Positions 61,455 to 64,000 of a DNA stretch of 64,000 nucleotides are shown one piece after another. The notes below the pieces were generated by a model. The model was given only the letters and a program-made list of their open reading frames with translations. It searched no databases and was not told the DNA's origin. The position numbers were made by a program, and so were the translations under genes. Numbering within the stretch: the first letter of the stretch is position 1; every line of letters begins with the position of its first letter. Location: contig CAVQSP010000011.1 of assembly GCA_963715985.1 (NCBI GenBank), forward strand, positions 448,001 to 512,000. Direction: 5' to 3'. The stretch is from an uncultured Thermoleophilia bacterium. Its GTDB lineage: Bacteria; Actinomycetota; Thermoleophilia; UBA2241.

Positions 61455-62435
61455 TCAGCTGTAGCGGTCCACGACCATGGCGGCGACCTGCTCGAGCAGG
61501 TCGCGCTCCACAGGGCCTGGGCACGCGTTCAGTACTTCACGGGCCTGTTCAATGTACCCCAAAGCAACGGTCCGGGCACGCTGCAAGGCGCTGGTGCGCG
61601 CGACCGCCTCGAGCACTACGGCCACGTCGGCGGCGCCGAGGTCGCGACGCGCCAGCAGCGCGGCCAGTTCGGGGCGCTCCTCCAAGGCGAAGATGAGCGG
61701 CAGCGTCACGGTGCCGTCCCGCACGTCGGTGCCCGGACGCTTGCCGGTGGAGAGCTCGTCGCCGCTGCAGTCGAGGATGTCGTCGAATACCTGGAAGGCC
61801 AGGCCGATGAGGCGGCCGTACTCGGCAAGGGCAGGAGCGTTGTCCGTGGCCCCGCCCAGCAGGGCGCCGAGCCGGCAGGCGGCGGCGAAGAGGTCCGCCG
61901 TCTTGCGCTCGCAGCGGCGCTCGTACTCCAGTACGGTCACCGTGCTGCGGTGGGAGTCGTCGCGCTGCAGCACCTCGCCCTCGGAGAGGCCCACGGCGGC
62001 GGCGCTGAGCGTGTCCACCGCCGCCGCGTCGCCGCTGCCCACGAGCTCCCTGAACGCCCTCGCCAGCAGGAAGTTGCCGGCGGAGACGGCGGTGTCCACA
62101 CCGTAGGCGTACGCGACAGTGGGGCGGCCGCGCCGCAGCTCGGCGCGGTCGAGCACATCGTCGTGTACCAGCGTGGCCATGTGCAGGAGCTCGACGGCGG
62201 TGGCGCCACGCACGACTGGCTCCCCCAGCTTGGCGTCACGCCGCGCGCAGAGCAGAGTGAGCAGCGGCCGCACGCGTTTGCCCCCCGCGGCCAGCGTGGC
62301 CCGGCAGGCCTCGCCGAGCTCGCCGGGCGGATCCGTGGCGACAGCCGAGAGGCGCCCCTCGACCTGGCGCATGCCTCGCGCGTACCGCGCCTTCTGGCGA
62401 GCGGAGGCCCACTCCAGCGCCGGCCCGGTACTCAC
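61455..62435 (-). CDS. Polyprenyl diphosphate synthase (HepT/IspB-like)
   Basis: GGKRVRP; HMATLVHDDVLD..RRG; KTA; FQVFDDILD. Confidence 0.92.
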   Translation of the reverse strand: MSTGPALEWASARQKARYARGMRQVEGRLSAVATDPPGELGEACRATLAAGGKRVRPLLTLLCARRDAKLGEPVVRGATAVELLHMATLVHDDVLDRAELRRGRPTVAYAYGVDTAVSAGNFLLARAFRELVGSGDAAAVDTLSAAAVGLSEGEVLQRDDSHRSTVTVLEYERRCERKTADLFAAACRLGALLGGATDNAPALAEYGRLIGLAFQVFDDILDCSGDELSTGKRPGTDVRDGTVTLPLIFALEERPELAALLARRDLGAADVAVVLEAVARTSALQRARTVALGYIEQAREVLNACPGPVERDLLEQVAAMVVDRYS

Positions 62436-63223
62436 GCCGCACCGCTTCCGGCAGGCCCTCCGGGCACTTCACCGACGTGCAGCGCCACGGCGCCGAACCC
62501 CAGCCGCCGGTAGCGGATGCGCGTCAGGCCTGCTTCACTCATGACGGCCGCCAGCTCGTCAACACGCGGAAACGCCTCGACCGAGGCGGGCAGATACGCG
62601 TAGGCGGACGGGTCTCCGCTCACCACGCGGCCCAGGCGCGGCACCACGCGGCCCATCCACAGATCCTGGAGCGCGCGCTCCGCACCCGGGGGAGCCACGG
62701 TCGACTCCAGACACACCACGCGGCCGCCGGGCCGCGTGACGCGCGCCATCTCGGCGAAGGCGCGGGGGACGTCCGGCACGTTGCGCACGCCCCACCCGAC
62801 GGTGACCGCGGAGAACTCACCGTCGGAGAACGGGAGCGCGAGCACGTCGCCGTGCACGAAGGAGACGCGGGCGCCCGCCCCGGCGTGCCGCGGTGCAGCG
62901 GCCTTGCGACGCGCCACCTCGAGCATGGCCTCCGTGAAGTCGAGGCCGACCACGGTGGCGCGCGGCCACAGCTCCGCAAGCTCCAGGGTGAGGTCGCCGG
63001 TGCCGCAGCAGGCGTCAAGGGCCCGACCCCCATCGCCCACGAGTGCCTCCAGGCCGGCGAGGCGGCGCCAGCCGCCGTCCATGCCCAGCGTCATCAGCCG
63101 GTTCATGAGGTCGTAGCGTGCGGCGATGCCCGCGAACATCGCGGAGATGCGTCCCGGCTCGCGATCGACGGGCAGCGACCGCCCGCCGCCGGGCGGGCCG
63201 GCGTGGGCGCCAGAGGTGATCAG
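62432..63223 (-). CDS. menG: Demethylmenaquinone methyltransferase (MenG/UbiE); start uncertain
   Basis: MFAGIAARYDLMNRLMTLG; LDACCGTGD; GVRNV..RVTRPGGR; AYAYLPASV. A candidate CTG start overlaps the ubiX stop. Confidence 0.9.
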   Translation of the reverse strand: MITSGAHAGPPGGGRSLPVDREPGRISAMFAGIAARYDLMNRLMTLGMDGGWRRLAGLEALVGDGGRALDACCGTGDLTLELAELWPRATVVGLDFTEAMLEVARRKAAAPRHAGAGARVSFVHGDVLALPFSDGEFSAVTVGWGVRNVPDVPRAFAEMARVTRPGGRVVCLESTVAPPGAERALQDLWMGRVVPRLGRVVSGDPSAYAYLPASVEAFPRVDELAAVMSEAGLTRIRYRRLGFGAVALHVGEVPGGPAGSGAA

Positions 63224-63830
63224 CCCCGGCCCCCGTCCCACGGCGGGAAGAGCGTCTGCTCGAAGCCCAGAGACGTGAGCACCTTGCCCACCACGTGGTC
63301 CACGGCATCCTGGAGGGTCTGCGGGCGCGAGTAGAAGCCGGGCATGGCCGGCAGCACCACGGCGCCCGCCTCGGCGAGCTCGAGGAGACGCCGCAGGTGG
63401 ATCTGCGTGAGCGGCGTCTCCCGGGGGACGACCACCAGCGGGCGCCGCTCCTTGAGCGCCACGTCGGCGGCGCGATGGATGAGCGTGCGCGTCGTCCCCA
63501 GGGCGATGTGCGCCACGGTGGCGACCGAGCAGGGACACACGACGACGGCGTCGGGAGAGCTGCTGCCACTCGACGCCGGCGCCGCGAGGTCGTCCGGCGC
63601 GTACACCCGCGCCTGCGCGCCCGCGCGCTCGAGGAACGCCGCGATGACGCCGTCCCGACCGTCTGCCTCCAGCTCCAGCTCGTGCTGGAGCACGAGCACG
63701 CCGTTGTCGGAGACGCACAGCTGCAGGCTGCAGCCGGCGGCGGCCAGCGCCTGAGCGAGCCGAAGGCATAGGGGGCGCCGCTGGCGCCGCTCACCCCCAG
63801 GAAGACGCTAGAGGGAGGTGTCGAGGTAAT
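63220..63830 (-). CDS. ubiX: Flavin prenyltransferase UbiX (MqnM-like); apparent frameshift near 63765
   Basis: VFLGVSGASGAPYA in one frame, then SSGS, PCSVAT, RAADVALKERRPL, RETP and PAMPGFY in ORF 63220..63699. Confidence 0.88.
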
Positions 63831-63845
63831 GGGCAGCCTCGGGCG

Positions 63846-64000
63846 TCACTGCGACAGTGGGGCCGGGTTGATGACGTCGCCGGTCACATGGCACTGGCCA
63901 CCATAGCACCCGTGCGGCCCGGTGCCGCCGTTGCCGTGGCACTTCATGCACACGCTGCCGCTGTTGTACACGTGGTTCGGGTGGTCGTTGATGAAGGCGC
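63846..64000 (-). CDS. C-terminal end of a multiheme c-type cytochrome (runs off the window)
   Basis: AFINDHPNHVYNSGSVCMKCHGNGGTGPHGCYGGQCHVTGDVINPAPLSQ* contains CxxCH and CxxxxCH. Confidence 0.75.
   Translation of the reverse strand, partial: AFINDHPNHVYNSGSVCMKCHGNGGTGPHGCYGGQCHVTGDVINPAPLSQ

Overview
High-GC bacterial chromosome segment. The RpoB/RpoC sequences and gene content point to Actinomycetota, probably a Thermoleophilia-like lineage (inference). Positions ~220-36250 on the minus strand form one nearly uninterrupted housekeeping supercluster: rpmG-tRNA(Trp)-secE-nusG-rplKA-rplJL-rpoBC-str-S10-spc-alpha-ecfA1A2T-truA. Several of these proteins carry unusual low-complexity extensions (L4, S17, S3) or insertions (RpoC, TruA, EF-Tu). 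Positions ~36400-57240 are an accessory region. It holds a CPBP protease, an MTAP-family enzyme, a degenerate M23 protein, a CAP protein, a DUF1998 helicase, a PucR-type HTH, GNATs, a TIGR00725 gene with a decayed second copy flanking a secreted repeat protein, a MalT/LuxR-type regulator, birA-bioY with a BirA operator, two MFS transporters, and a membrane HD-GYP phosphodiesterase directly preceded by an unannotated 26-aa peptide gene and sigma28-type promoters. That peptide/HD-GYP pair is the best candidate here for an undescribed peptide-to-c-di-GMP signalling module. Positions 57287-64000 hold a futalosine (mqn) menaquinone operon with two embedded GNATs, preceded by the end of a multiheme cytochrome c gene. 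Many genes, including essential secY, carry small frameshifting indels. These are most simply explained as assembly indel errors, so pseudogene calls are made cautiously. No rRNA, CRISPR array, integrase or transposase was seen.
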